DNA of 64,000 nt from Botryllus schlosseri (GCA_051294905.1 CM119373.1:2792001-2856000); one strand, 5' to 3'. Positions 12,965 through 27,120 are shown, numbered from the stretch's first letter. The notes: a model not told the origin generated them from the letters alone. Numbers and translations are program-made.

Positions 12965-15900
12965 TTTAATTTATGAATATCTATGAAGATGCCTTTTGCT
13001 GGTGTAATAAGACGAATAAAACTGGATGTTCCGCTGTTCATCAACTTCATAATTTACCAAAAGCTCTGTGGCCCACAATCAAGTGATGGCGGACCACTGC
13101 GCGAATTAGTTTAAAACATTGGTTGTTTGGTTGGTCGGCTGGTTGATTAGCAAGCGCTGGTAGCGTCGCAAACAAGAGAAATTTATTTTGATGCCCCGAA
13201 ACATATATGAAACTCAAGACATGGGCCCATACCCTCTGATCCCTCAGTGTCCATATCATTAGTATATTTTTCTTACCTGAGAAGTCACGAGTGGAATATA
13301 TGGTAGTTTCAATTTTACAACCTCCCTCGACACAGTTCGAAAATAATTTTTGGAGCTCCGCCATGTTACTCGGACCTGCGGATGTATATGATTTAATCAT
13401 GCGATATCGAAATGAGCGTATAGCGCAGCGTTTGGCTGTTCAGTATTATAGTAAAACGCTAGTCTCGTGGGAATGTCGTAACGATCCTAGCCATAAGTGT
13501 TATTGCTATAGCATGCAACGAGATGGCCAAGTAAAGGCCATCTATATAAAGGAAGGAGACTATAGCCTATTAAATTACCTGAAGAGAGCTAATATCTGAG
13601 ATAACGACTTATAAAACATGTCCTTGTTACATACAAGGTATATCTTCAAGGTAATGCAGATATGGGCCCATATCTGATGCGAGTAATATTAACTCATTCT
13701 CCTTTCGTGCTACTTAGACTTTGAGGATAGAATAAACCATTTGGAACTCACCGAACATGTCGTCCTGAAATATGGAAGAATGGAATTAAGTGATATCTAA
13801 GCTTTTTGCATACATATACATTATACATATATTATATATACAACAGCAAGTTACACGCAGTCGAAATATAAACCCATATAACAGAACGGGCCTTAATATT
13901 GAATCCATCCACTATTCAGCCTGTTATTGAATTGTATTCGTACCTCAACCAATATAATTTAGCGGGTAGTCACGTTCGCACTGGCCTGGTGCACAAGATC
14001 ATAGCAGTCACGTACAATTAACCCTGCATACAACAGTGTTCTCGAAATCGGTATTTTTCAATTTTGCTTCGATTGCTATTTCACATCAGCCTCTTCATTT
14101 GAGTTTTTCGCTAAGACTTCTTTAGTAAGAAATGCTTCCAAAACGACTCTCACTTGAAAATTCAGCCTATTTATTACTATATCTATCTGCTGATCAGTTT
14201 ATATCATCATCGTGGTCGCCTATTTCAGTGGCACATTTGAAATATTATAAATCGCTCGCAGCACACTTACATGAGTAAAAAAGTTTCTTTAATTTTTGTT
14301 GATGAGATTATAAGAATTAGAACGAAATAATTATGCAAAATGTGATAGTGGCTTCGGGGATCTAAAACATCGCCACCTCGAAGTGATTAGAATTAATTGC
14401 GAATAATATAGGAAAGGATCCTGTACTTTTGAAGTGCCCATGGGACTTGATACGTGCATGTGCATTGCCATGGAGTATTCTTATAGAAGTTTGACATAGC
14501 CTGCTCGAAATTTACAGGCTGAAACGAATATCATGAGACTACTGACCCGAAATCGTAGACTATTGCTGGTTCAATTGAGGTCAGTATGAAGGGATACTGA
14601 GATTGTTGTGAGCTTGAATCAACACATCCCCCACGAAAAATCAACACTTTTGGAATTGATTGTATCAAAACTATATGTAAGTGGACGGCTCAACACATAG
14701 AACTATCCTATGATTTTCATAAATTCTGACATACCGTCATTCTCAGCTCGACTTCCTTTTCGGTTGCGCAATGGTGTTCCCCTGAAAACGAATGAGTAAT
14801 CTTTAAATGAGTCCTTAAATTGAATTACTGTTATTATTGAATTCGGTTTATCTTTACGCTACAGCTAGATGATGTATAGATATAACACTATTGGTTGCAG
14901 AAAATTGCCTCAATTATTCAATTGTTTCTTGTTTTAGAATAATCCATGCCTGTAAACTCAACCGAACCTGAAGCGAACGCAGCTCATAATTTTCATATAT
15001 TTAGACAGGTGGCTCTTCACATTTAATAACTTGGCGAACACTGCAAGCTTTCGGCGAACCCCATATATTCGCCTATTGACAAAAATCTATCATCATACAC
15101 ATCTAGTACATTACTTTGTACTATACTAGAGCACAAAATTAACTGCGCATCAACAACAGTGTTAAAAAACAAAGCAAATAAAACATGGTTGTCACACAAA
15201 ACGAAAACATTATGATTAATATTTATTGGAAATCAGAGTGAATTCTGTTTTGTAACTCTGGTGTGAGTCTTGACCTCAAGCGAACTCCTAGGGCTCGTAT
15301 TAACCCCGGCTGCGAACCACAGATTTCGAAGTATGATGAGCATTGGTTGAATTGGGTTGTTTCCTGATTTAAATTATCAGAATCGCTCAATAAGCATGGT
15401 TGGTGTATCATGATCGCTGGGTGTAAAAACGACATTGTGTCTCTATGGATGTTAGATTGACACGCCGCACTGGTCATTTCAACATCTTTTTATGAAAAAC
15501 TTCTTGGAGGTACAGAACTTCAGTATGCCATTCAATAGTGTATACTGTATATTCAATCATATTGAAAGGTACAGAACTTCAATATACCATTCAGTAGTAC
15601 ATTCATATTGAAATGAATCCGAATATTTTCGGCTGATACTCGTCAGGGGTAATCGTCAGCAACTAGCAGAGAATTGGAAAGAACACTCTATATCAACAAT
15701 CGTATCACAAATTAAAACGTCACCAGCATGAAATTTCGAATACGAGAGCGTTTAATGCATTATTTTTAGAAGATACACGAACTCCTTTTGCAGATACAGC
15801 CGTGGGTGTCGTATTTTCATAAAAGTAAGTCGACCCATTGCGTCAAATTGTGTCTTGTTTATCACATTGTTGGTGTGAATGAAAATAATAGCATCCCTGG

Positions 15901-18320
15901 TTACATATTTTTCCGGAAATTGGCTCTTGATAGGACAGTACTGACTAAATGATTTTGTAAAAATACTGTACCGCGAATTCCAAGCGAGTTCGTCTCGAAA
16001 AGCAAGAGCATGGACGATATCCAGTGGGCGAACATCACGGATGTCATTAGTTCCCTGTCAAAAGATGAACAATGAATTGAGGAATATATTATAGGCTCAT
16101 TCTGAAAATACCATATACATAGAATAAACGTAGTGTAGATGCCTCGTGTGAGTAATTAAGTTTGGGCAAAATCGAGTGACTCTGTGATTTGATTCTTAAT
16201 CGAGTAGTATGCGTCGAGTCGAGAATTCTAGTATCTCTTATTGTGCCGTCATGACAGTATGGAAGATGTGGAAAGCTCACACAAATACCTTTTACGCGGC
16301 CACAAAGAATTCAATGCCATTTCTACATCACATTAAAGAATATTTGGTAATTTTTAACTATGATTATTTCATTGCACTTTTCGAAAATGATGTGGGTTAA
16401 TCACGAATTTCCAGATATGTCATTACCACTAACGTACGTAGTTGTGTACTACATCAGTGGTTCTCAACCTTTTTGTATTCGCGGACTCCCCATGGACTGT
16501 CGCGTATACCCCGCGGACCCCCCCCCCCAAGTTTTACTTCTAATCTTATCTCAATTTTCGTGAAAACGTAATCTGTCTGGTGCAAATATTAACTGTAGGC
16601 TTAGTGATGAACAGCAACAAATCCTTTCTTGAAAATGTCGTCATACTATATGCAGAAATTGAGTAGACTTCTATTATTTCGAAGCGAATTCTGTAGCTCC
16701 ATTTGTTAAAATACGTGATCGTGTCTTGAAGATCGGCGTCTTCAATTTCATATGAACGAGTGCAGCAAGTCCATTTCCACAAAAATGACGAATGCAATAA
16801 TAACGGGTAACGCTTCCGACGACACGATTTGCTATGATCGCAACATAAATCGCACCATATTTTTAATAAACATATAACGTCCAGCCTATATAGTTATTTC
16901 TATATAGCAGCCCACATTGAAGTTATTCTGGAATGGTGGTTACGTATATCACAGGAGAAACTGGATTTTTGCAGCAAACATTTCGAAGTCACCCGCTTGA
17001 CCATACTATCTTTTTTTTCGCAAACCCCACCAGAACATTTGTAAACAGCAATATAATATGTTTGTATCAATAGGCATTTTACATGGTAGGATATTTCACC
17101 CCAGACGGCCATTCTAATGATGAGAGTCCTGAGGTTTTAGCAGTTATGAAGCTAAACTGCCTCGTGATTTCTCTAATTTAAATAAATGCAAATTAGGTTA
17201 TCAAACATTTTGCAAATTCAGAGGTTTAGCGGACCCCCTGAAAATTCTTCGCGGAACCCGGTTGAGAACCCCTGCCTCTACCTTTTGGGTGTGAATACAC
17301 AGTGTTTTCGCTAGGAATGTAATACCGACATTGTGACAATACGGTCACTTCTGCACTACTGACTCAGTATATTATCGTGACTCTGTGTACAAGGTAAATT
17401 TTTAAAATGTGATCCATATGAGATGATTGTTATTTGGGGAAAAGCTGAAACCAAACGAAGCTATGATACATCGTTGAGTTATATTGTTCATGTGAACAAG
17501 ACACACGCAATGTACAATGCGATAAGATACAATGCGATGTCATGAACAGATAGGAGGATATCGAACGACACGCATCAGTAGCGATCATTTACTCTAACAT
17601 CCACCTCGGCCCGATGTCACAGTTCTTTTCGATGTTGATCTTTTTGAAGCTGCGGCCCTGTCGTTCTTTCCATTCCTTGTGAATGCTTTCTTTCGTCGGA
17701 TCTTTTTCTGGGCTTTTCTGCCGCCGTAAGAACGGCAACGGCGGGGAAAGAGGAGCCCGGATAAACCTCAGACGGGAGTCGAACCGAATCGAATGGTGGG
17801 CCCTTATGGCTACCACTACGCTATCTCCCCCTAGATATACTTGACGAAACATTGCACAATCTTAATAATTTTCAGTCACATCGAATACTCATCGAATACT
17901 CATCGTTAACTGGGAGAGAAACTGCATGGATCTACCCTTATGACCTGACACTAATACCAATATGCAACTATGTCGCAAGCAGAATTTAGTATTGAACTGG
18001 GAAAGTGCAACATTTATTATATGCGTTACGGTAAAGCATAGTGGGACTTCTTTATAATTCTAAACGCGATCAATACATGTTCTTTAACTTATTCCAAGAT
18101 CAACGTTAAATCCCCTAACGAAACTGTGAAGCAAATGCAAGTATTTTCAGTGTTGCGTATACGGCAACATACGGCTTAACATAACAGTAGTTCTAACTAT
18201 GTTATATTTGTATTACGTGTAAATGGTAGTCTTAACTTCCGCGTTGTAATGGCAAACTAGGATCCACGGTTGCACTGGTGACTTTATGTAAAGATAGTCA
18301 TTAATACGGATACAGTTTGA
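12965..18320 (+). repeat. Segmental duplication, copy 1 (homologous to ~58765-64000)
   Basis: Collinear similarity, for example 13730-13800 vs 59545-59615, 14780-15075 vs 59965-60260, 15870-16450 vs 63050-63615 and 18135-18320 vs 63800-63995. The copies differ by copy-specific insertions. Confidence 0.9.
16455..17274. mobile_element. hAT-type MITE
   Basis: TIRs CAGTGGTTCTCAACC/GGTTGAGAACCCCTG. It is absent at the paralogous position (~63615). Confidence 0.8.
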
Positions 18321-20797
18321 AAATGCGCTTACTTTCAATGCATAGGCCATAGGGTTATTGTAATCCACACTATACCACACGGGTGTCAACTAAGATGCCT
18401 CTGGTGGGCATTGGTCGTTGAACATTTAACTATCACGCGTCCGCCAGCGAGCTATGTTTGAATGAAATGGTGGGAATGCTGCTATATATTTACAACAAAT
18501 TCGATGTAACGCCCAAAGGAAGTCATCAGTCGTCACTAAGCAAATTGCGATCCCTTCCTCATGCAATTCAAATCAGCTCATACTAGGCCAGTATGAGTTG
18601 TCAGATATGATACATGATACATGCTTTAGAATAAATTCAATGTGGGCAAGATATGTACCAATGTGCACCAATATGATTACCAATTCGGAACTATCTAAAA
18701 ACTAAAAACTATCCCTTGACCGCGACGAGAAAGTGCAACAGTGAACAATGTGTGCCAGCAATCTCGAAAAGCGAAGAAGTGACACGTCACGTCGATATGA
18801 CATAGATCTATGTAATGGTATTTACTTTTTGGTAAAAATATTTTAGCTGCAATAGAAATACGGTGGACTTTTTAGTGTAGCGGCCCAGATTCAACCAACT
18901 GACAATCCGCTACTCGAAAGAAGTAAGCCGAAAACGTCACCCGCCTAGTTCGGCCGAATCACGGTCGGATTACACCTGGTTATGGAAAGACGGTCGACAA
19001 GTATAGCGCATGCGGTCGTACATTTGCCGTTCTTGGAAACGAAGTAAATGAAGCGACCAATTCGTCTTACGACAAATTCGGACAAAGCCGTTTCTTCGCT
19101 TAATTCGTCTTAGGGAGCGGAAGGAAACTGCTCGTACTAATCGGTATCGACTGTATATGTAAGAAGATGAAATGAAATTGACTGTCCACTTTGGTTTGAT
19201 GACTTGCAGCACAATACTGTTTGTAACATGCCTCGGCAAATCATTCATTTTGCAAATATGAGCGTCACCTTGCAGCTAGCGATTGTAATGAATCATTACC
19301 TTCTCAAATGTCAGATTCGAACTTCCTGGAAACGCAGCGTCGTCTTCTTTGCTTCTATTTTCGCTATACTTCGACGGTAGAATACAACATATAGCTCGAA
19401 TATTATATGTTTTGTTTTAGGAGGCAGGCCATATCTGTATGTACGAGTATTGTTTTATTTCCGCGTTGTTATGGCTATTTGTGGAGTGGAATATCGGTGC
19501 ATTAAAAGTCATTCGCACATCAAAATCGTTGACGTAATTATTACGGAAATAGAACACCAGATAGTTTCAGGTTGTGCTCCCAGCGGCAATGATTTCTAAC
19601 GATTGTTTCGTTTAATGCGGATTCAGCAATATCTGTCGCAATGAAATCTTCTTGTTATCGCATTAATACTGCGAAATTCCAACACAATATGAATGTACAC
19701 AGCATACCATTTAATGACCCAACCATTGATGTCGCACCTCTATATACCCTATACCTGTGATACTTCAAGAGCAGTTTTCTTTGAATATTTCAACAATTGG
19801 TTTATTGCTATGAATGCGCAGAGCATCAGCAAGGCGTTATTTGCTAATGCAGCTCAAAAACCTGAATTTCTTGAAGATGAAGAATCGTTTTTATCGTAAT
19901 TTTGTGCTTTGTCGTCCTCCGCAACCTTGATCATTTTTCAAGTGATTACATTTGTTCAATAATTGAAAAATCCCTATGATACATGCAAACCAGTTAAAAC
20001 CGGCATTATACTATCAAACATACTTCGTATTGTATCCACAAGCAGTTGCTTGCAAAAGCCATCCCTGATATTTTCATATTTGTGCGATTCAGTTCCAAAA
20101 TTTATTTCGATTTATTTGTGTTACTATTTATTCATTTAATGTTATAATTTTATTCAGGTCTGCATGCGGGGAATAACCATGCTAGATCAACGGAATTCCT
20201 ATCGTCTTTGAAACAGTAGCTGAATTCTGTCTTCCATGATGCTAACCCCAATTTGATGACTCTGAATATGAATGCATGCATTCGCTCTCTAAAGTTGGCA
20301 GTTTCTCGTTGGATACTTGTGAATCAATTGGTTTATACTACCTTGCGGGTTGTGCAATTCACCAATTATTTGGTGCACTGGTTAATATTCGTGTAGCCTA
20401 GCCCACGATAAACAAAATGCGATCTTGATGAATACTCGGTCATACACACCAGATGGAAATCTGAGCAATGAAAGCACTGCACCTCAGAATCAAAAGCGCA
20501 CAAAGTACGACAAATACGCGTCTAATATCGCTCCATCAAGTATATGCTGACAATAGCTACGGAACAGTATCTCAATAGTCCTCAAGCATTTCTAGGTTAC
20601 ATTTAAGTAGTTTCTACTTAATGAATACTAGTCAGCCTGCAAGATTCGCATTTTTGTTAAATTTTAAAATATGAAAATATGAATAAACTGATACCGACAC
20701 CACCACCTATCTTTCGTGTTATCCAAATACACGGATTTATCTCAGAAATCACCCGGAAAATTGCTGTCAGATTGTGAATTCCTGCTAAAGAAAAGCA

Positions 20798-20803
<6 letters not shown>

Positions 20804-20833
<30 letters not shown>
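20804..20833 (+). repeat. (AG)15 microsatellite
   Basis: Read directly from the sequence. Confidence 0.95.
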
Positions 20834-20835
<2 letters not shown>

Positions 20836-22277
20836 AGCAGTATGCTGGGAAATGTGCTGCGAGGCTCTGTATAAGATGCCAGACAATAAAAAACCTATTT
20901 TTACATATGTGGACTTTCAAGATTAAGGTTTCTGCATGTTTTAGTTCTAGTCTATCGATTAAAAGTTGCTGTAAACATGTGTTCAGGCGTGGAAACTGCT
21001 CGGGATCCCATAGCAGGTTGGTAGTTGTCTGCTTGTAGGCTGTTTCTCCGGTCTATGAGGGGTTGAGTTCCATTGGGCAACATAGCATAGATCGCATTCG
21101 TGCGACTATGGTAGAAGTACAACTGGAAGGTCACGACATGCAATAACCTTGCATCCCGACAAACAATACTTTCGCTTTAAGCCGAAATTTATATTGCAGC
21201 ATATAAATACGGCATATTTCGTTTTAAGGTCATCCTTTTATACACATTTCGTTTTAAAGTCGTTTAAATACATACCGTACTTCTTGAAATCACACACAGC
21301 CGACTAATTATCGAGAAATGACCGTTAAAAATCGAAATATATGGTCGCCAAGCAAGGAATTCCATAACGGCAGGTTAGCGTCGACGGACTTTTGTGCAAC
21401 ATTTTGTGCTCCTGTACTCTCGTAACGTTGTGCTTATTAGTCGGGCGACTTGTCATAGTTGAGTGACTTTGATTATACTTAACCGTTTCTGGCCTGGGGA
21501 ATACTTACGACAAGCCTTTAGGCTTCACGGAACTACAGATTTTCGCTGATCATAAAAACTAAACTATACCACGATGCCCATCCAGTACATTATTATAGAC
21601 TATACTGGTGCACGAAATGAACGGACACAACCATTGAAATAAGATTTTCGCGCAAGTCGAAAACACTACGATTCATATTTATTGCTAATCAGTGTGACGT
21701 TGTTTCCTTTCAGATTCCAGTTCAGAAATGGGATACCTCACCTTGGAAACGGTCGAAACGCAACAGTTTGATACACATTAGTTGCTACATTGCAACTGAA
21801 CTTTCAAATATTGGATATAGAATTGGCATTTAAGAAGAACGTTGTTTCCATTTCGAACTCCAAAATCCCCCACTTATGCCACTGCACATCACGTACCACC
21901 ACTATGGTCACAATTGGACTACTGGTTGCGCCTACCAATGGCGACCAAGTCTGACGTATCACCATAAATCATATGTATGAGTTTATTGTGTGTCCTGACA
22001 TATGGGGAGCACTTGATACTGACACAGGAAACTTCTGGTGTTCCAGGTAACACTGCTTAAGAACCTAGAGGATCAGTGCCGGTTTTCGCGCGATGCAGTA
22101 TAGAACGGAATGAGGTGTGCGTGGCAACGAACAGAAGCCTTGTACCGCCGGACAAAAGCATGAACTGACAGCCCTAATTTAAGCAAATCGGTCGGCGGGA
22201 AAATGAAGGTGTGTGATAGTCCTGCTCCAGCAGGTTTCACAACCCTGGCTAAACCACCCAACGCCTTCAAGCCTTCA

Positions 22278-23420
22278 TGGTGATATAGCATAGTGCAGTG
22301 GTCGGGAACCTTTTTTGTCCGAAGAGCCATATCGGCCCTATTTTTTCCATCTCAACTCCCATAGAGCCATACATGCCAATCAACTGCTACGTCACAATTG
22401 AAAATTCGTGACGTCATTGTTGCACTAATTCGAACTCACTACATGGGATTCCTCGTGTGGGCCATATTTTCTCTGTAAAACTGGTAGGTATTTATTGTTA
22501 GAAAATAAAGCTCGAAACGAGAGGTACGGCACAGACGGGCAAAGCCTCACCAGTCACCAATGATAACGCAATTCATCGTAACTAGCTTAGAATTTATTAT
22601 AACTGATATTAACCGAATGTGACTGTTACACTGATTCCGAAACTCTAAAGACTTATCGACTTCTCAATTCTCAAAATATTCCGCGGTAACATAACGTTGC
22701 GCTACACGCATACATTTTATCGCCGGTAAAACACAAAGCTATACTTAACAATCAAGAACGTGGATAGCTATGGAGTTGTTTGTAATTCCAGTCTGTAATT
22801 GTGCATGTCACATCCACAACAGTTCATTTCGTGCCGTAGATCAGGAAGGCAATGTGTACTTAAAAACTGCCTTTTGAAATGGGCGTCGCCATGTCGGCTA
22901 TGCTTTTTCATTAATTAACCTATCGCACAATTCAAGATTTCGAGTCGAGTACATAGAATTCGCGACAGATATTTGCCGCCAGTGTGACAGTAAGTTTGAT
23001 GATTTTGAAAATATGAGGTCCGAGCCCCTAAACCTGAAAACGGCATTATCTTTACGTCTCAAAGACATGTTTTGAATAATTATTCTAGCCGTGATGAAAA
23101 TTTACCAAAAATCACTGCAATATTGATCAATTCAGTACAAAAATAAATAGTTGGCAAACTGCCGTATCTTATACCCAAAAGAGCCATATATGGCTCGCGA
23201 GCCATAGGTTCTCGACCACTGGCATAGTGGTACGTTCCACAGCTGCGACACCAATGCGTTGCAGGCTAGAGTCCGACCGAGTTCGATTCCAAGATTCCTA
23301 CCTAGTGTCGAAGGTTTATCTAGGCTTATGGCCAAGTCGATTGAGCTTGGCTCAAGTGGGTAATAGGCACCAAACAATGCAATGGGGTGGCAATAGTTCG
23401 GGATGCTCTTCCTAATATTT
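22278..23420 (+). mobile_element. tRNA-derived SINE-like element, interrupted by a MITE
   Basis: After removing 22296-23221, a box A-like TAGCATAGTGG is followed by a box B-like GAGTTCGATTCC (~23278-23289). A second related head, GGTTCGAATCCC, is at ~23577. The 3' boundary is approximate. Confidence 0.5.
22296..23221. mobile_element. hAT-type MITE
   Basis: TIRs CAGTGGTCGGGAACC/GGTTCTCGACCACTG and 8-bp TSD GCATAGTG. A second copy is at 42489-43407. Confidence 0.9.
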
Positions 23421-23805
23421 TTTAGAAGATAAGGGGGCGCAAAATTTTTCACTATCACCAACACGTTCTGGATTGTTTTGCCGTGTCAAGTTTCATCCGC
23501 CTATAAACCAGCAAAGCACGCGCGAAAGAGTGCTGATGCAAATAGTAAAGCACCAGCGTTACGACACCAATGGTAGCGGTTCGAATCCCGGCTCGGACCA
23601 CTATATATATGTCGGAGATTATATGGACTCCTGATCGCCGACCTCACGGCAATTGCAACCAAGTCATATGGCTCGAGGCTCAGACGGCAAGGCCGACATT
23701 TCATTGTGATTTCGAAGAATAGTGAAGTAACCAAACGATTGGGATTTCGTCTATTGATATTGGAGTAGTATAGGTGATCGCTCTGGGTGTGCCTGGGGCT
23801 CTTAT

Positions 23806-24280
23806 GGCGGGGTGGTGACTCGTATTGAAAACCGGGGGTGGTGACTCGTACTTTCAGACCCCCCCCCTCGGCCGTGATTCGTAATGGGTTCTTATGGACG
23901 CGGTCGTGATTCGTACTTTTGGGTATAGGCTGCGGCGGTGACTCGTATTGAAAACTCGGGGTCGTGATTCGTACTTTTGGGTATAGGCTGCGGCGGTGAC
24001 TCGTATTGAAAACTCGGGGTCGTGATTCGTACTTTTGGGTATAGGCTGTGGCGGTGATTCGTCTGTCGTGTATTCTTACAGGGTCTCTACTGATTCACCA
24101 TGTGTTCTTATGGCGTGGTGGTGATTCATCTGTCGTGTATTCTTACAAGGTCTCTACTGATTCACCATGTGTTCTTATGGCGTGGTGGTGATTCATCTGT
24201 CGTTTATTCTTACAAGGTCTCTACTGATTCACCATGTGTTCTTATGGGCGTGGCGGTGATTCGTACTTTCGAGTATAGGC
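23806..24280 (+). repeat. Compound tandem repeat (58-bp unit x~3, then 67-bp unit x3) built on a GTGA(C/T)TCGT core
   Basis: The units are GGTGACTCGTATTGAAAACTCGGGGTCGTGATTCGTACTTTTGGGTATAGGCTGCGGC and GGTGATTCATCTGTCGTGTATTCTTACAAGGTCTCTACTGATTCACCATGTGTTCTTATGGCGTGGT. Confidence 0.9.
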
Positions 24281-27120
24281 ATCTCTCGCGCGGTGTTGAA
24301 TATGTACGAGCCACCAACAATAACCGCACAAACGGAAACGTGGCTTGTTGTGCAATAGGATTCCGCAGTGCGTGCGACCTATATTTCGAATGACCCGCGC
24401 GCTGAATTGTTGCCCGTGCAGCTGTTTTGTGCTACTATCGTATCGATTATTACACTAATCCAGTCAGTGCGAAATAGTTTGCTAAATCTAGGAATCAGTC
24501 GCATGGTGTTACTTTAGTAATTAGTTTACCACAGAGCCGGCGTAGACGGCGATTCAAATACCAACAATAACCGAGTTCACATACTAACACTTCAAAAAAA
24601 GGTGTGAAATATTTGTAAAATCCTACGATCGCCCACAAGATAACACCTAAGACATAGCCATTTTTCGCGTCTTGTCATTACTTACATCCCAATCGCTACG
24701 GTTTAATATGTCGATGGTTTTTACTATCAAGTAATAAGTAATGAGTAACAGAACCGGCGCAGACTGTGATTCGAAAACCAACAATTTGGCACTCGCACGC
24801 GATCGCTATATGTTTTGACACTTCGGAAGAGTGGTTGACTTTAGTTGCGTGATACAAATCATGAGAATATTCAATCAATGTGTCAATTTGTCAACTTGAA
24901 ATTAAACTCACTGTACACAAATCAAGTTGATTCGTATTTGAAGGTGTTGATTCGACACAACTCAAATCCTTTGAGAAATCCTTTTACCACGATCTATCGT
25001 ATCAAACGTAACCTGAATATTACTGACGCTAACATTCGGCCGCATCGGATTATTCGCACATTCCGCACTGCTGTTTTCACGTCTATAGAATCAATACCAA
25101 CTAACTCAATGAGAATCAAGAATCGCAAGCATGCACATACAATCGTTGTATTTATTACTGGGAAATCAAACGCTTAACAAAAACACGCAACTAATCATTT
25201 GCCAACTCTAACATTACCAAAAAAATTCAGGCATTGTTGATTGAAAATCCTTGAATCCGTATTATTAAGAATGTTATAGTACGGTATCGGAATCCATTCG
25301 CGAGATGTACTAAAGGTAAATCCAAATAATCCAGAATGAAATATTTGGACTTGACATAGTGTGAATTGAAATATGTTTGACAAACATGACTACCAACTTT
25401 GATCCAGTCACATTTCAAGATCATACTTTGAAACAATCCTTGAAACTTACAACTCTATTCACGACTGAGTTTTCCGTTTGTCAAATAGAGTTTCAGTAAA
25501 TACTATCGCGATATTTTAATGTGTTACTACCAGACATGGGGTAATCGCGATTAGTAATCGTAAACGATTACGACGATTACAGCATTTTCAAGTAATCGTA
25601 ATCGCAATCGATTACATTCTAAAAAATTACGAAGTAATCGTAATCGTAATCGACTACTTCCCTTATCTAATCGATTTCTTTGTGAAAGAACGATTACTTT
25701 TTATTTGTACAACGACTATGACATATACTGAACCTTCGTACACAAGGAAGAGATATTATACCGGGATAGTGATAGCATGAACGTCTGATTTTCAATCGCA
25801 ACGGATCATTATTACGTCAGAAGTATTAAGCTTTGCTCGTTATTGCGTAAGAAGTATCCACATATCGTAAATAGATATTCGATGTACATTGTAGTGTGAT
25901 TGTGAGAACACCAGCCGTGCTGTATATCAGGTTTTCAATACACTCGAAACGCCACCACTTCTCAGCAGGAGAATTAATTACCACTCTGCCTAGTTTCAAA
26001 TAGTAACTTATGTATTGATGTTTGGTTATGCTTAGTTAAACGTAGTTTGCCCGCTGCTGCTTGGCGCGAGCAGTAGGCCAATAGTACGTACGTACGTACA
26101 CCGGACAAAGATTTGAAATTTTGTACTCGTCAAATAAAACATTATGGTTTTCACAACGAAGCATTTAAAAATCAACAGCTGCTGATATATATCATTACGG
26201 AGCCGTTCTTGCAGTATCTGTATTAAATTGAAGGCGAAATTTTATGTTCACTTTAGCTTATTCCCATATGACTTTACTTGAAACGGGTGCCAATCGTTAT
26301 TTCACAATTCTTTACTTAATATCTGGACCTGCCGCTATAGCCATCCGCTTATATACCATGCTAGCGTGGGTTGCAGCCAGAATCAGGATTAAAAGAGAAA
26401 TTCGCCCCCCACTCCAAAAGTTGGTCTTGGGCCCCCACAGAGCTGTCAATATTCAAGTTGAAGACCGAATTTCGTTAATAATATTGGTAATTGCATAATA
26501 TTACTATTCATTTTTAACCCGCTCTCAGCCCCCGATGGTCAGATTTACCTGTAGAGCCGGGGGCACATAATTCATAACTATAACATCTGGTATCTATAAT
26601 TACTTAAGTGCATGTTTTTAATTCGTGACTTCCACTCTGTTATATAATCAAAAGATACCGTAGTCGCCCAAACGTAGCAGACTAAAAGAAAAACCTTCGT
26701 GAGACACACACGCAAATGGTCATGCCTTTATTCCTCTGTGGGTGCCCCGGGTGGCATTTGCATTGTGGGCTGAGATTGAAAGGACAGGACTATTAGTCAC
26801 GCCCACCCAGCGCGGCTATTGACAATGCACTCATAACCTATAAGTTTCGGCCAAGGTTTTTCTTTAGTAGCACACTTTATGAAAACGCATGTTGGCCTAA
26901 ATTGCACATGCACATGTCTTTTGGTTTGTGGTGGCGCGGCAATGACTGTAACCGAAACGCCTATTCCTATAAATTAGACATGCTCTCTTTCATGAGGGGA
27001 AGACGTATGCATTTCAAAATCAAGCTATCTAAAGACATTTAAATCGCGAAGCTCGAAGAAAATTTTCATGTTAAATAAATCCATTATAACGCGAAACAAT
27101 AACTTCATATTGTTAATTTA

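Larger units (their letters stand above)
6050..14781 (-). pseudogene. EGF-repeat gene, copy 1 (paralog of the EGF/C-type lectin gene at 50172-59967), disrupted
   Basis: Upstream exons are 14781-14735 (47 nt), 13764-13752 (13 nt) and 13375-13277 (99 nt). EGF exons are 9597-9478, 9361-9242, 9115-8996 (acceptor mutated), 8361-8242, 6388-6275 and 6175-6050. One exon is split by the 6570-8070 MITE, and two near 9960-10233 are truncated. No lectin exons were seen in the window for this copy. Confidence 0.75.

Noticed and set aside
16209..16400. Short ORF apparently conserved with 63379-63561, including an in-frame indel
   Set aside because: It lies in a repeat present four times in the window, and the second copy lacks ATG. 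The conservation is explained by the duplication.
18970..22050. Possible additional exons (minus ~19930-19862, ~19150-18976; plus ~21900-22046)
   Set aside because: Splice-like signals exist, but the frames contain stops or show no recognisable domain, and they could not be chained.
23806..24280. CRISPR-like appearance of regularly spaced motifs (also 32225-32750)
   Set aside because: The intervening sequences are themselves repeated rather than unique spacers. The context is eukaryotic and there are no cas genes.
24845..25177. TBP-like motif (TIVVFITGK) in a 110-aa ORF
   Set aside because: The resemblance covers only a few residues, and an alternative frame looks equally protein-like. It needs a profile search.
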